Source of the DNA: Candidatus Adlerbacteria bacterium GW2011_GWA1_54_10
GTDB taxonomy: Bacteria > Patescibacteriota > Minisyncoccia > Phycocordibacterales > SBAW01
Length of the DNA stretch: 64,000 nucleotides
NCBI GenBank assembly: GCA_001004665.1
Contig: LCRO01000006.1
Span: 444 to 64,443, forward strand
Direction of reading: 5' to 3'
Position 1 is the first letter of the stretch. Every line of letters starts with the position of its first letter. The position numbers and the translations under genes were made by a program. A model generated the notes under the pieces. That model saw nothing but the letters and a program-made list of their open reading frames with translations, was not told the DNA's origin and did no database searches. Positions 20,339-32,024 of the stretch are shown here, one piece after another.

Positions 20339-20449
20339 GGCTTGTCACGTTATAATCGGAACTCTAACGGAGCTCATCGCTTCTTCATTGCTCGTGTATA
20401 TCTTATATGGTTATAAATTTTTAATCGTTAATTTTTTTCATATAATCAT

Positions 20450-20901
20450 ATGACTAACACAAGTTGGGCGATAGTAATTATTGTCGTTCTCGTTCTAGCT
20501 GGGCTGGTTTGGTGGTACTACCAGCCGGCTGAGTCCGCGCCCACCCCGGCAACTACGAGCTCCGTAAACGCTCCTCCCGCAAACTCGGCTCCAGTCGGCG
20601 CCACGGTGACCCATGGCTCGTTTCTCCGCAGGAAGTCACGATCGCGCGCGGCGGCACGGTTACCTGGGTCGACGATGGAGACAACGAGATGGAAGTCGCT
20701 TCGGCACAACATCCCACGCATTCCGTGTATGACGGGACAACAAGGGACCAGCATTGCGCCGCCGGATACACAGGCGTAAAACCCCTTGATCAGTGCACCA
20801 AAGGAGATACCTATTCCTTTACCTTCGACAATGTGGGCACGTGGGGGTACCACAATCACAGAGATGTAAGCCACTTCGGTAAAGTTATTGTAGTTGAATG
20901 A
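20450..20901 (+). CDS. membrane-anchored cupredoxin-like protein, frameshifted near 20621-20624 (TTT run)
   Basis: ORF 20450-20779 carries a signal anchor and a Thr/Ser/Pro/Ala linker. In the +2 frame downstream (ending 20901) lies a cupredoxin-like block VSPQEVTIARGGTVTWVDDGDN ... H..H ... C ... H. One extra T at 20621-23 would join them as ...SF-SPQEVTIA... Confidence 0.5.
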
Positions 20902-21272
20902 GCGATTTTGTTTTTCGCGCCGCGGCCGCGTTCGCCTTTCTTTACCCGGCGACTTCCGCATTGTTTGGTCCGAACGCGTGGCTGGGATACGTGCCGGAGT
21001 TCGCGCGCAAGGCCGCGGAGAGTGTTGGAGTCTGGGAGCTGGCGCTTTTACACTCATTCGGCGCCGTCGAGATCGTTATCGCACTCTGGCTACTCTCCGG
21101 ATGGAGGATATTCTGGCCCGCGCTCGCGGCTACGGCGATTCTGGTCATTATAGTCATCGTCAATCCGCACGAATTCCCCGTCCTATTCCGCGACCTATCC
21201 ATCGCGGGCCTGACATTGGGACTCGCGCTTAAAAACTCTCCCTGGAACCTGCGAAGAAGGCCCGCAGTTTAA
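20898..21272 (+). CDS. hypothetical membrane protein
   Basis: 124 aa with three hydrophobic segments; overlaps the preceding stop (ATGA). Confidence 0.5.
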   Translation: MSDFVFRAAAAFAFLYPATSALFGPNAWLGYVPEFARKAAESVGVWELALLHSFGAVEIVIALWLLSGWRIFWPALAATAILVIIVIVNPHEFPVLFRDLSIAGLTLGLALKNSPWNLRRRPAV

Positions 21273-21279
21273 AAAGCAT

Positions 21280-21438
21280 ATGAGCCAAAACCCGTTTGCA
21301 AACGCGCTTGCGGCACTGCTACTGCTTGCAGGCGAGCAAAAAAGTGGAGTAAGGCTGTTTTTGCAGACTTTGGGCATATTTGCATGCATTACAGTCGCCC
21401 TCCTCGCGTCCCTATTTCTGTTCGCCGGCGTTAAATAA
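21280..21438 (+). CDS. small membrane protein (52 aa), hypothetical
   Basis: Manual translation gives MSQNPFANALAALLLLAGEQKSGVRLFLQTLGIFACITVALLASLFLFAGVK. It fills the intergenic gap. Confidence 0.3.
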   Translation: MSQNPFANALAALLLLAGEQKSGVRLFLQTLGIFACITVALLASLFLFAGVK

Positions 21439-21469
21439 AAACGTCCCGATTTGTTATAATTATCTGTCA

Positions 21470-21913
21470 ATGGAGCTCACGAGTACGGAGTTTGGGAATA
21501 ATGGAATAATTCCTGCAAAATACACCTGCGACGGGGAGAATGTGAGCCCGCCGCTTGAGATTGCCGGCGTGCCCGAGGGAGCGAAAAGCTTGGTATTAAT
21601 CGTCGACGATCCGGATGCGTCAAACGGCACTTGGGTGCACTGGACACTCTGGAACGTCGGGCCTGATATGTTGGAAATTATGGAGGACAGCGTCCCTGAC
21701 GGATCCGTGCAGGGGGCGACAAGCTTTGGCGGCACGGGATGGGGCGGCCCATGCCCGCACTCCGGCGTGCACCGGTACTTTTTCAAACTTTATGCGCTAG
21801 ATGCGACTCTCGATCTTGCGCCCGATTCGAACAAGGCGACTCTCGAGGCCGCGATGGATGGGCATGTGTTCGCGCAATGCGAGCTTGTCGGCCGTTACAG
21901 CCGGAAGCAGTAA
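21470..21913 (+). CDS. YbhB/YbcL family (PEBP-like) Raf kinase inhibitor-like protein
   Basis: Motifs DDPDA, HW (VHWTLWN) and GVHRYFF, as in the bacterial phosphatidylethanolamine-binding protein family. Start at the internal Met 21470, preceded by TATAAT. Confidence 0.8.
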   Translation: MELTSTEFGNNGIIPAKYTCDGENVSPPLEIAGVPEGAKSLVLIVDDPDASNGTWVHWTLWNVGPDMLEIMEDSVPDGSVQGATSFGGTGWGGPCPHSGVHRYFFKLYALDATLDLAPDSNKATLEAAMDGHVFAQCELVGRYSRKQ

Positions 21914-22172
21914 TCACGATACTACATGTCCGACTTCATCGTAAATTGGCAAAACATCCGCTAAAGTGACGGTAATGGATCGGCAAAAACTGCGGCACAG
22001 TATCTCGCGCGGAATTGTCCGTTGGCAGGCACCGCGCCTTAAGCCCGTGGTCAAGGAGCGTGGGGTGCAAAAGATAAAGAAACCGAAGGAGACTTAGAGC
22101 CAAAGAGATAGGTATCCACAGAATTTGTGTATTTTGTGTATTTTGCGGCAAGATTTGTGCTACTGTTAGTGC

Positions 22173-22850
22173 ATGGATAAATTCACAAAAATTCTTACAG
22201 GCAAGCAGAAACGGGTACTCGATAATATTAAGCTGTATCTGGATGCAAAGGGCATACCCCCGACGCTCGACGAACTCCGTAAAAATCTGGGCTTCAAATC
22301 CCTGCGCACGGTCACGCAATATCTTGAGATATTGGAGCGCAAGGGACACATCGTGCGGCGCAAAAACGCGCGCCGCAATATAGACCTGCGCGCGGTAGAC
22401 GCCGCGGGTACCTCGGCGACCCTTGTGTCGGTTCCGGTAGTCGCGAACGTCGGTTGCGACAACTTGAGCGTATTCGCGCAGGAAAATTCTGACGAGTATC
22501 TGCAGGTTGATAAAAAAATAGTAGACGTCGCCGGCGATATCGTTGCGGTTCGCGCCGTGGGGGAGAGCATGGCGGATGCCGGCATTGGGAGCGGAGATTA
22601 TATTCTGGTGCAGTTTACCGACAGGGTAGAGAGCGGGGACAGGGTTGCCGCGATAGTAGGCGACATGATTACGGTCAAGCGCCTAATTCGGCAGGGCGGA
22701 GTGACTGTTCTTTATCCGGAATCCAAAGACCCAAAGTACAAACCGATAGTTCTGCGCGAGGACTTTAAGATAGCTGGGAAGGTCTTGTGCGTCATATCCG
22801 CATCTCTGGCCGAGGCGCCCGAAGTTCTGCCGGAAGAGGACTGGAGGTAA
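22173..22850 (+). CDS. lexA: LexA repressor
   Basis: N-terminal winged HTH (LT.KQ..VL..I......G.PPTL.EL) and C-terminal S24 peptidase with catalytic Ser (GESM) and Lys (VKRL). Confidence 0.9.
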   Translation: MDKFTKILTGKQKRVLDNIKLYLDAKGIPPTLDELRKNLGFKSLRTVTQYLEILERKGHIVRRKNARRNIDLRAVDAAGTSATLVSVPVVANVGCDNLSVFAQENSDEYLQVDKKIVDVAGDIVAVRAVGESMADAGIGSGDYILVQFTDRVESGDRVAAIVGDMITVKRLIRQGGVTVLYPESKDPKYKPIVLREDFKIAGKVLCVISASLAEAPEVLPEEDWR

Positions 22851-22889
22851 AAACTTCGCAAAATAAGTTTGCGCCGTCCCGTGTTATAA

Positions 22890-23681
22890 TTGCTCGCAAT
22901 GTTAGAACTCCTGTTCGCCTCGTTTTTTGTGATGCTCGCCTCGCTTGCGGGCGTTATTTCGCTATGGGGCTGGGCCAGAGGATTTATCGAACGCAATCTT
23001 CACCTGCTCCTCTCTTTTGCAATCGGCGTTTTTGTAGTTTTTGCGTATCAGCTTGCAGGCGAGGCTCTTGGACACGGCGGGGTTATCGCGTGGCTTATGT
23101 GGATCGTTGCCGGAGCGGTCGTGATATCGCTTGTCTGCGCGCTTTTGCCGCACGGCCATAAACACGGCGAGCATGAGCATGCGCATATTGACGCGCATCG
23201 CATGCTAGTGACTGACGGCATCCACAATGCCGGCGATGGTATTTTTTTGGCGGCAGCCTTTGCCGTGAGCCCGGTTCTCGGATTTGCCTCCGCTATCAGC
23301 GTTTTTGTGCACGAGTTTTTGCAGGAAATAGCGGAGTTTTTTGTCCTGCGTGACGCAGGATACGGTGTGCGCAGGGCTCTCGGACTTAATTTTTTGGTTT
23401 CTTCGACGATTTTGGTCGGCGCCGCTGGAGGATACTTTTTGCTTGATACATTTGCCGCGATGGAGGGTCCTTTGCTTGGCATCGCGACGGGCGGGATGCT
23501 TGTCGTGATATTTTATGACCTTCTTCCGCACGCTTTGCGCGACGTATCGCGTACGAGGCATTATTTCGAGCACCTGTTGTCGTTTTTGCTCGGCGCCATG
23601 CTTATGTTTTTGCTCGTCACTACCCTGTCCGAGCCGGAGGTCAAAGTTCCGGCGGATATTGCGCCCGGAGAGGCACTGTAG
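22890..23681 (+). CDS. ZIP family metal transporter (ZupT-like)
   Basis: TM4 HNAGDGIF and TM5 HEFLQEIAEF signatures; His-rich loop HGHKHGEHEHAH. Confidence 0.8.
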   Translation: MLAMLELLFASFFVMLASLAGVISLWGWARGFIERNLHLLLSFAIGVFVVFAYQLAGEALGHGGVIAWLMWIVAGAVVISLVCALLPHGHKHGEHEHAHIDAHRMLVTDGIHNAGDGIFLAAAFAVSPVLGFASAISVFVHEFLQEIAEFFVLRDAGYGVRRALGLNFLVSSTILVGAAGGYFLLDTFAAMEGPLLGIATGGMLVVIFYDLLPHALRDVSRTRHYFEHLLSFLLGAMLMFLLVTTLSEPEVKVPADIAPGEAL

Positions 23682-23693
23682 TAGTGTAGCCGC

Positions 23694-24533
23694 ATGTCGG
23701 CTTTTAAGTATTTGGGCGTGGCCGTTTTTACGCTTATTTTAAGCGCTTTTTTAGTCGCACCGGCGCAGGCTCAAAGCTCCTGCAACGTTTATAATTGGAA
23801 CCCATCCTGCCCAAGTGGCCTGCTTAACGTTTTTGTGCAGGTAGAGAACAACGCTCCCGGCGTCTTCCATTACCCGCACGAGTTCCAAATTTCTGTGCAG
23901 GGGCAAAGCCCCAATCCGTCGAGCTTTATGGGCAGTCAAAACGGCACTCCTGTCCAGCTCTTGCCCGGAGCATACTCGGTTTCCGTATCGAATAATCCGT
24001 TCGGATATATCATGACCTCCAGCAACGCGTGTAGCGGCGCAATTTTGGCGGGGCAAACGCAGACCTGTGTCGTAACCTTCACCGCGACGACCAGCTATCC
24101 ATATCCAACGCCAGCATATCCACCGCTTATCTGCGCGCCGCAGTTCCAAAGCGCCGCGCTGGGGCAGGCCGTGAACTTTTACGCCTCGGGCGGAACAGGC
24201 TCGTATAATTGGTCTATGTCGGACCGCTCCTTCACTAACATCGGTCCGAAGCTCTCGACCGGCTTTACGCGCTCGGGAGTGCAAAACGTTACAGTGACAA
24301 GCGGCATCCAGAGCGCGATCTGCACCATAAACATTGCAGGCGGCTATGTGCCGAACCCGTTCTACCCGCCTGCGCCGCCGGCTCTGTATGCATCTCCGGC
24401 CCCCCGCCTGCCCAACACCGGTGTAGAGCCCATGAGCGCCGCGGGTATTGCCTTTGCCGCCCTTTTGCTGGGGGGTACGGCGTTCGCTCTACGGCGCCAT
24501 GTCAGAGAGGCCCTTGCTGCTACAGTCAGCTAA
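23694..24533 (+). CDS. cell-surface protein with C-terminal LPXTG-type sorting signal (LPNTG)
   Basis: Signal peptide, then LPNTG + hydrophobic stretch + RRH tail at the C-terminus. Confidence 0.75.
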   Translation: MSAFKYLGVAVFTLILSAFLVAPAQAQSSCNVYNWNPSCPSGLLNVFVQVENNAPGVFHYPHEFQISVQGQSPNPSSFMGSQNGTPVQLLPGAYSVSVSNNPFGYIMTSSNACSGAILAGQTQTCVVTFTATTSYPYPTPAYPPLICAPQFQSAALGQAVNFYASGGTGSYNWSMSDRSFTNIGPKLSTGFTRSGVQNVTVTSGIQSAICTINIAGGYVPNPFYPPAPPALYASPAPRLPNTGVEPMSAAGIAFAALLLGGTAFALRRHVREALAATVS

Positions 24534-25197
24534 AAGCGGTGTGATCGTCAAAGGGAAGTCCAGCGCATGGATACGCCGGACGGCCGTTGCCGTTGGACTT
24601 GTCGCCGTGCTTGTCGGATTTGCCGATGTCGCCACGCGCATCGCGCGGAGGGCATTTGGCGAGGAAGTGAATTTTTTTATCTTCGGCTCTCCCGCTTCCG
24701 CGGTCGAGTCTGTAATAGCGCCGGCTCCGCCCGCCGCGACTGCAGCAGGCGCTATAGTGCCGGCGCGCCTGCGCGTGCCGTCGCTCGGCATTGACGCCGG
24801 CGTCGAGCAGGTAGGCAAGCGGGGTGACGGCGCGATGGGAATTCCGCAGGACTATGACGATGTCTCGTGGTATATGTTTGGGGGCAAGCCCGGCGGGCAG
24901 GGTAATGCGGTCTTCGCCGGCCATATCAACAACTCGCGCACGCGCTCCGGGGTCTTTGCCAACCTTTCGCGGATTGGCATCGGAGATTACATAATGATAA
25001 CCGACGCCGAGGGGAAGACTCTTATATACGTCGTGCGCGAGATACAGGTGGTGCCGGCCGACAATGCTCCGGCGGAGGAAGTTTTTAAAACATCGGGACC
25101 TTCGCAGGTTGTCCTTATCACCTGCGAGGGAGACTGGATGCCGGAGGAGCGCACTTTCGACAAAAGACTGATAGTTATTGCGCGTCCGGCGTATTAG
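24448..25197 (+). CDS. sortase (transpeptidase)
   Basis: Catalytic His region FAGH and TLxTC-type motif VLITCEG. The start may be the internal Met at 24499. Overlaps the 3' end of its likely substrate gene. Confidence 0.8.
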   Translation: MPLPPFCWGVRRSLYGAMSERPLLLQSAKSGVIVKGKSSAWIRRTAVAVGLVAVLVGFADVATRIARRAFGEEVNFFIFGSPASAVESVIAPAPPAATAAGAIVPARLRVPSLGIDAGVEQVGKRGDGAMGIPQDYDDVSWYMFGGKPGGQGNAVFAGHINNSRTRSGVFANLSRIGIGDYIMITDAEGKTLIYVVREIQVVPADNAPAEEVFKTSGPSQVVLITCEGDWMPEERTFDKRLIVIARPAY

Positions 25198-25381
25198 GCT
25201 TCGCAAAAGTCCTCTGCTCCGGAGAGATGAACACGACCCCAACTCCTCCGCAGAAGACTTTTGCTTTGCTATACAAGATATGTTACGCTTTGAATTGTTC
25301 GGAGTAAGTCTCCATGTGCCTTGTAGGCGGCAGGAGGGTCGCCTTACGAGGAACCTAGTTAGTTAGTGAATTTCGCGTTAT

Positions 25382-25630
25382 ATGGCACGCAAACTCTTTG
25401 TCGGCGGTCTTCCGTACCGCACGACGAATGATGAGCTCCGCGACGCTTTCGCCCAGGCGGGCGAGGTCGTGAGCGCATCCATTGTGACCGATCGCGAGAC
25501 CGGCCGCTCGAGGGGCTTCGGCTTCGTCGAGATGGGCGATGCAGACGCCGATGGCGCCATTTCCATGTGGAATGGCAAAGAATTCGGCGGGCGTATGCTC
25601 ACGGTTTCCGACGCACGCCCGAAGACGTAA
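25382..25630 (+). CDS. RNA-binding protein (RRM domain)
   Basis: RNP-2 LFVGGL and RNP-1 RGFGFVEM. Confidence 0.9.
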   Translation: MARKLFVGGLPYRTTNDELRDAFAQAGEVVSASIVTDRETGRSRGFGFVEMGDADADGAISMWNGKEFGGRMLTVSDARPKT

Positions 25631-25644
25631 GGTCGCAAAAACAA

Positions 25645-25674
25645 AAAACCTCCCGAAAGGGAGGTTTTTTGTTT
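25645..25674 (+). terminator. rho-independent terminator
   Basis: CCTCCC-GAAA-GGGAGG hairpin followed by TTTTTTGTTT. Confidence 0.8.
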
Positions 25675-25690
25675 GATTGCTTCGTATTAT

Positions 25691-26056
25691 TTACATTCCA
25701 CCCTGCGACTGTCTTTCCGAACGTCCCGTAAAGCCGAGGACGAGGAAAACGATCGCAATCGCCGCATGAAGCCAGTTGTCCTCGGTTGTGTTGTCAATGA
25801 CCCCGAGTATGTCGCCGGAGACAGTAAAGCCCAGGACCACTATGACCGCGTACACGGCTCCAAGTACGATAAGGATCAGTCCTGCGCTCTCCGCCCACCA
25901 CATCGCCGTCGCGAGGAGCACCAGGCCGGAAATAAGGTGCACCAGAGAATGGATGGTATTCGAGGCGAAGATGTCGAGCACCGGATTCTGTACGAAGCCC
26001 CAGAGTCCGACGACGGCGAGTATCGCGCCAAATACCCAGCACGCTGTTTTTGCCAT
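25691..26056 (-). CDS. DUF4383-like membrane protein
   Basis: Four TM helices with Trp/His-rich loops. Start taken at the internal Met (MAKTACW). Confidence 0.5.
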   Translation of the reverse strand: MAKTACWVFGAILAVVGLWGFVQNPVLDIFASNTIHSLVHLISGLVLLATAMWWAESAGLILIVLGAVYAVIVVLGFTVSGDILGVIDNTTEDNWLHAAIAIVFLVLGFTGRSERQSQGGM

Positions 26057-26120
26057 ATTAAATAATAAAAAATTGATAATGAAACCCACCTTATTATAGC
26101 ACAGGAAAGTTATACCGGGT

Positions 26121-27953
26121 CTAGACTCCCAAAATGACAGGGATGACTATGGGGCGCTTGTTGGTTTTTTCGAATAGGAAGCGGGATATCGTGTCCGTTA
26201 CGTTGTTTTTGACGAAATCGAAGTTGACCGGCTGTTGGCCGCGGGCGCTGTCTTCTATGGTTTTTTTGATAAGCAGTCGCGCTTGCTGTAATAGATCTTG
26301 AGACTCGCGCAAGTAGACGAACCCGCGCGAGATTATATCCGGGCTCTTGCGGAGCCGCCCGTTGCGCGGATTGACGGTCGCGATAATGACGAACATTCCT
26401 TCCTGCGCGAGGACATTCCTGTCGCGTATGACAACTTCTTGTATATCGCCGACAGAAAATCCGTCCACGAGGCGCAGGCCCGAAGGCGCGTTTTCCTTGA
26501 GCCGCACTATCCGCTGTCCCTCGTCCCTAATTTCGATTACCGCGCCATTGTCGGGCACGACCACTTCCTCCTCGGCGCGTCCGCACGCCTTTGCTATGTC
26601 GGCGTGAACGCGAAGCATATAATGGTATCCGTGCATGGGGATGAAGAAGCGCGGATTTATCTTCTGATGTATCCAGAACGTTTCGTCTCGGTTGGCGTGG
26701 CCGGAGGCGTGAACGTCCATGGTGTCGCGATGGATTATCTTGGCACCCTGCCGCGAGAGGTTGTCCTTGAGCTTTTGCACGGCACGCTCGTTGCCCGGCA
26801 CTATGGATGAGGAAAGCACTATGGTGTCGCCCTTTTTTATCTGCACGTATTTGTGAGTCTTCATCGCAATGCGCATGAGCGCCGCAAACTCATCACCCTG
26901 CGCACCGGTCGCCAATATTACCACTTTATTATCCGGTAAACCGGCCAGTTCCTCCGGGCCGATAAAGGTCTTCTCACGAACCTTGAGCATGCCGAGGCGC
27001 TTTACTATCTCGACATTGACCTTCATGCTCCGGCCTTCGACGAGCACCTTCTTGCCGCAGTTCTCCGCCGCCTCGAGCATCCGCATGATGCGTTCCAGCT
27101 GACTAGAGAAGGTTCCGATGATAAGCCTTCCCTTGGCCTCGGTTATTATTTCATCGAGATTTTTCTGCACGACGCGCTCGGGTATCGAGAATCCCGGTTT
27201 CTCGCAGTTGGTCGAGTCGGCCATGAGAAGCAGGACACTCTCTTTTTTAAATATTGCGAATTCCCCTTCCTCTTTTTCCGACGGGATGCCGTTCTCGTGC
27301 TCGAGCCGCAGGTCGCCGGTGTGTACAATGAGCCCGTACGGCGTTTCAACGATGATGCCCATAGAGTCGGGGATAGTGTGCGTTACGGAGAAAAAGCGCA
27401 CTTTCGTTTTGCCTGCGCGGATGCTTTTTTCCTTCTCGACTTCGTGTATATCAAGCGGCTTCAGGTGGGGAAATTCCTCCTGGCGTTTTTTTATCATTAC
27501 TGCGGTCAATTGCCGCGTGTATATGGGCGGGTAGCCGAGCCTGTCGATTATATAAGGGATACCCCCGATGTGGTCGAGGTGCCCGTGGGTAACGAAGATA
27601 CCCCGTATCTTTTCGCGCCTGTCCTCGAGATATTTGGTGTTGGGGAGTATATAGTCTATGCCTGGGGTGTCCTCCTCGCGGAATTGCAGTCCGCAGTCAA
27701 CGACTATGATGTCGTCGCCCATCTCTATGGCGGTCATGTTGCGCCCTATCTCCTCGACTCCGCCTAGCGGCACGATGCGGATGTTGCCTGCTTCGAGCGG
27801 CGGGATTGGCTTTTCCTCGCCGTTTTGCGAAGCAAATTCCGGCAAGGTGCGGGGCGGATGGGGCTGGTGGGGGCGCGGGCCGCCGCGCCGCAAAGCGCGG
27901 CTCCTAGGCTTTGCGTTGCGATTGGCGGCATAGCGATGTCTTTCGGTGGGCAT
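26121..27953 (-). CDS. rnj: ribonuclease J
   Basis: Metallo-beta-lactamase motif VTHGHLDHIGG, beta-CASP and RNase J C-terminal region. Arg-rich N-terminal extension. Confidence 0.9.
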   Translation of the reverse strand: MPTERHRYAANRNAKPRSRALRRGGPRPHQPHPPRTLPEFASQNGEEKPIPPLEAGNIRIVPLGGVEEIGRNMTAIEMGDDIIVVDCGLQFREEDTPGIDYILPNTKYLEDRREKIRGIFVTHGHLDHIGGIPYIIDRLGYPPIYTRQLTAVMIKKRQEEFPHLKPLDIHEVEKEKSIRAGKTKVRFFSVTHTIPDSMGIIVETPYGLIVHTGDLRLEHENGIPSEKEEGEFAIFKKESVLLLMADSTNCEKPGFSIPERVVQKNLDEIITEAKGRLIIGTFSSQLERIMRMLEAAENCGKKVLVEGRSMKVNVEIVKRLGMLKVREKTFIGPEELAGLPDNKVVILATGAQGDEFAALMRIAMKTHKYVQIKKGDTIVLSSSIVPGNERAVQKLKDNLSRQGAKIIHRDTMDVHASGHANRDETFWIHQKINPRFFIPMHGYHYMLRVHADIAKACGRAEEEVVVPDNGAVIEIRDEGQRIVRLKENAPSGLRLVDGFSVGDIQEVVIRDRNVLAQEGMFVIIATVNPRNGRLRKSPDIISRGFVYLRESQDLLQQARLLIKKTIEDSARGQQPVNFDFVKNNVTDTISRFLFEKTNKRPIVIPVILGV

Positions 27954-27955
27954 CG

Positions 27956-29680
27956 TTATTTATTTATGAATATCGGCCATACAAAATCCACTTCCCTGTG
28001 CCAGCGTGCGACACTTAAAAACCGGTCGCTCGGCGACTCGACAAAGCCCAAAGAGAGTCCGTAAAGGCTATCAGGCACAGTATACACGAAATCCGGCGCG
28101 TACAAAAATACGGCAGGAATGTCTTTTTGGATCTCGCGCTCGAAGGCCGCATAAAGATTATCCCGCTCCGTGCCGTTGGCCGTCGCGCGCAGTCCCTCCA
28201 GAGCCTTGTCCGCCGCCGTGTTGGCGTACATCGCTATGTTAAGTCCGGGATCGTTGCGCTGGCTCGAGTGCCAGAAGGCGAAAAGGTCGAGTTCGCGGCC
28301 CACGACTTCGCCGAAGAGCAGAGCCTCATACTTGCGCGGACGAATTATGTTTTGAGACAGATCGCCCGGCTCGTATATTTTTATCTCCACACCTGCACCC
28401 ATCTTCTCCCAGCTTGAGCGGGCAAATTCCGCCGCGGCGCGCAGCTCCGGCACATTCGCCGTCGCCAGGTCGAGGGAAAGCGCAATGATTTTGGCGCTCT
28501 TGCCGGAGCCCGTCTTCTTTTGAAGAACGCCGCTCTCGTTTGCCTTCCACCCACGCGACTCCAAATATGCGCGCGCAGATGCCGCGGCGTCGTCTACTCC
28601 GGAAGAAGTGTTTTTCAAAATCCGACTGTTTTTGGGCGACAGCGAAGGAGGTACCGGCAAGTCAAGCGGCGTGCCGTAGCCGCGCAATATGTCTTTAACC
28701 AGCTTGTCGCGGTCTATCGCCATGGAAAGCGCGGCGCGAACGTCTTTGTCCCGCAAGACCTCGGAATTGTTCTGATTGAAGAAGATACCAAAAACGCGGC
28801 TAAGCGGCGAGACCGCCGTCTTTGCGTCGGGCAGATTGGCGGGCGATATGCCGCTTGCGCTTTCTATCTCGCCGCTCTGGAGCGCATTTATAAGTTCCGA
28901 CTCGCTGGGATAAAAATTGAGAGTAAGGATGGAGAGGAAAGGCTCGCCGAGAGCGTAGCGCGAGAAGCGCTCGAGCGTGTAGGAAGAAGGAATTCCTCCA
29001 GCCGTTTGCGAGAGCGCCCGCACCTTGAATGGTCCCGAGCCGACCGGCCTTGTGTTGAGTTCGCTCCAGGGAAACGCCTCGTCGGAAACCTCTTCCCATA
29101 AGTGCTTAGGCAGTATGCCGAGCGCAAGATTGCCGACAAAGGGCGCGTACGGCGAGCGGAGCGTAAAGCGCACCGTGCGCTCGTCCGCGGCCTCTACGGC
29201 GACGCCGTCCCAGTTGGCCCGCTCGGGACTCTTTAGCGCGGGCGTCTGGGTTTTCTGCACTGTAAAAACGATATCCTCCGCCGTCACGGGCGCGCCGTCA
29301 TGAAATACGGCCCCTTCGCGCAAAGTCGCAGTGTAGATTTTTCCATCCTCGGAGACGGAATATTCGGACGCCAAGTCCGGCACGTAGCCGCCCTCCGGCG
29401 TCGCCCTCAAAAGACCGGAGTAAACGAGCGCAGTTAAGTCGCGATCGGCATCGGAGAGCGCCAGAATGGGGTTGATGAAGCGCGGACTGCCGACGATGCC
29501 CTCTGTGAGCGAGCCGCCGCGCGCGGGCGACTCGACCAAAAGCGCGCTCTCGAGCGCGTATACAAGCCCGACGGTCGAGACGACGAGCATGGCGGCAAAA
29601 AACAAAAACAACGCGCGCCCTACCTTGCCCATGGAGCGCAGAGTCTCCTCCGTCTTGATGAGGATGGGGAACCTTTTCAT
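27956..29680 (-). CDS. extracellular solute-binding protein, family 5 (peptide/nickel ABC-type SBP-like)
   Basis: Signal anchor, then a ~540-aa domain with the SBP_bac_5 pattern. The ORF-track span 27956-30022 is split here at the Met at 29680 because secG lies upstream. Confidence 0.6.
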   Translation of the reverse strand: MKRFPILIKTEETLRSMGKVGRALFLFFAAMLVVSTVGLVYALESALLVESPARGGSLTEGIVGSPRFINPILALSDADRDLTALVYSGLLRATPEGGYVPDLASEYSVSEDGKIYTATLREGAVFHDGAPVTAEDIVFTVQKTQTPALKSPERANWDGVAVEAADERTVRFTLRSPYAPFVGNLALGILPKHLWEEVSDEAFPWSELNTRPVGSGPFKVRALSQTAGGIPSSYTLERFSRYALGEPFLSILTLNFYPSESELINALQSGEIESASGISPANLPDAKTAVSPLSRVFGIFFNQNNSEVLRDKDVRAALSMAIDRDKLVKDILRGYGTPLDLPVPPSLSPKNSRILKNTSSGVDDAAASARAYLESRGWKANESGVLQKKTGSGKSAKIIALSLDLATANVPELRAAAEFARSSWEKMGAGVEIKIYEPGDLSQNIIRPRKYEALLFGEVVGRELDLFAFWHSSQRNDPGLNIAMYANTAADKALEGLRATANGTERDNLYAAFEREIQKDIPAVFLYAPDFVYTVPDSLYGLSLGFVESPSDRFLSVARWHREVDFVWPIFINK

Positions 29681-29688
29681 TTGGAAAT

Positions 29689-29937
29689 TTATTGGATAAG
29701 CACCGCCGTGAAGGAAGAGAGCGCAAACAAGACGGCAAGCACCATGGTCGCCCAGAAGAGAAATTTTTCCGATCCGCGCCGCGTGTGATAAGCGGCCGTG
29801 AAGTTGTCTCCGCCGAAAGCCCCTCCAAGCGACGCTCCCGTCTGCTGGAGCAGGACGCATATAACCAAGGCCGCCGAGAGGATTATTTGTATGTAGGGGA
29901 GTACCCCCGCTATGACCATTGCGTAAAATCCTATCAT
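29689..29937 (-). CDS. secG: preprotein translocase subunit SecG
   Basis: 82 aa, two TM helices and the LLQQ.GASLGGAFGG motif characteristic of SecG. Confidence 0.75.
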   Translation of the reverse strand: MIGFYAMVIAGVLPYIQIILSAALVICVLLQQTGASLGGAFGGDNFTAAYHTRRGSEKFLFWATMVLAVLFALSSFTAVLIQ

Positions 29938-29993
29938 AGCATACTTGACTAGGCAAGAGGATTTGCCTATACTCGAGCCGAGTTATAAAAATC

Positions 29994-32001
<2,008 letters not shown>

Positions 32002-32024
32002 GGCAGGGGTGCTACAATGAAACC

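Noticed and set aside
22105-22125. DnaA-box-like GTATCCACA suggesting an origin of replication.
   Set aside because: It is a single 8/9 match with no dnaA gene, AT-rich unwinding element or box cluster nearby.
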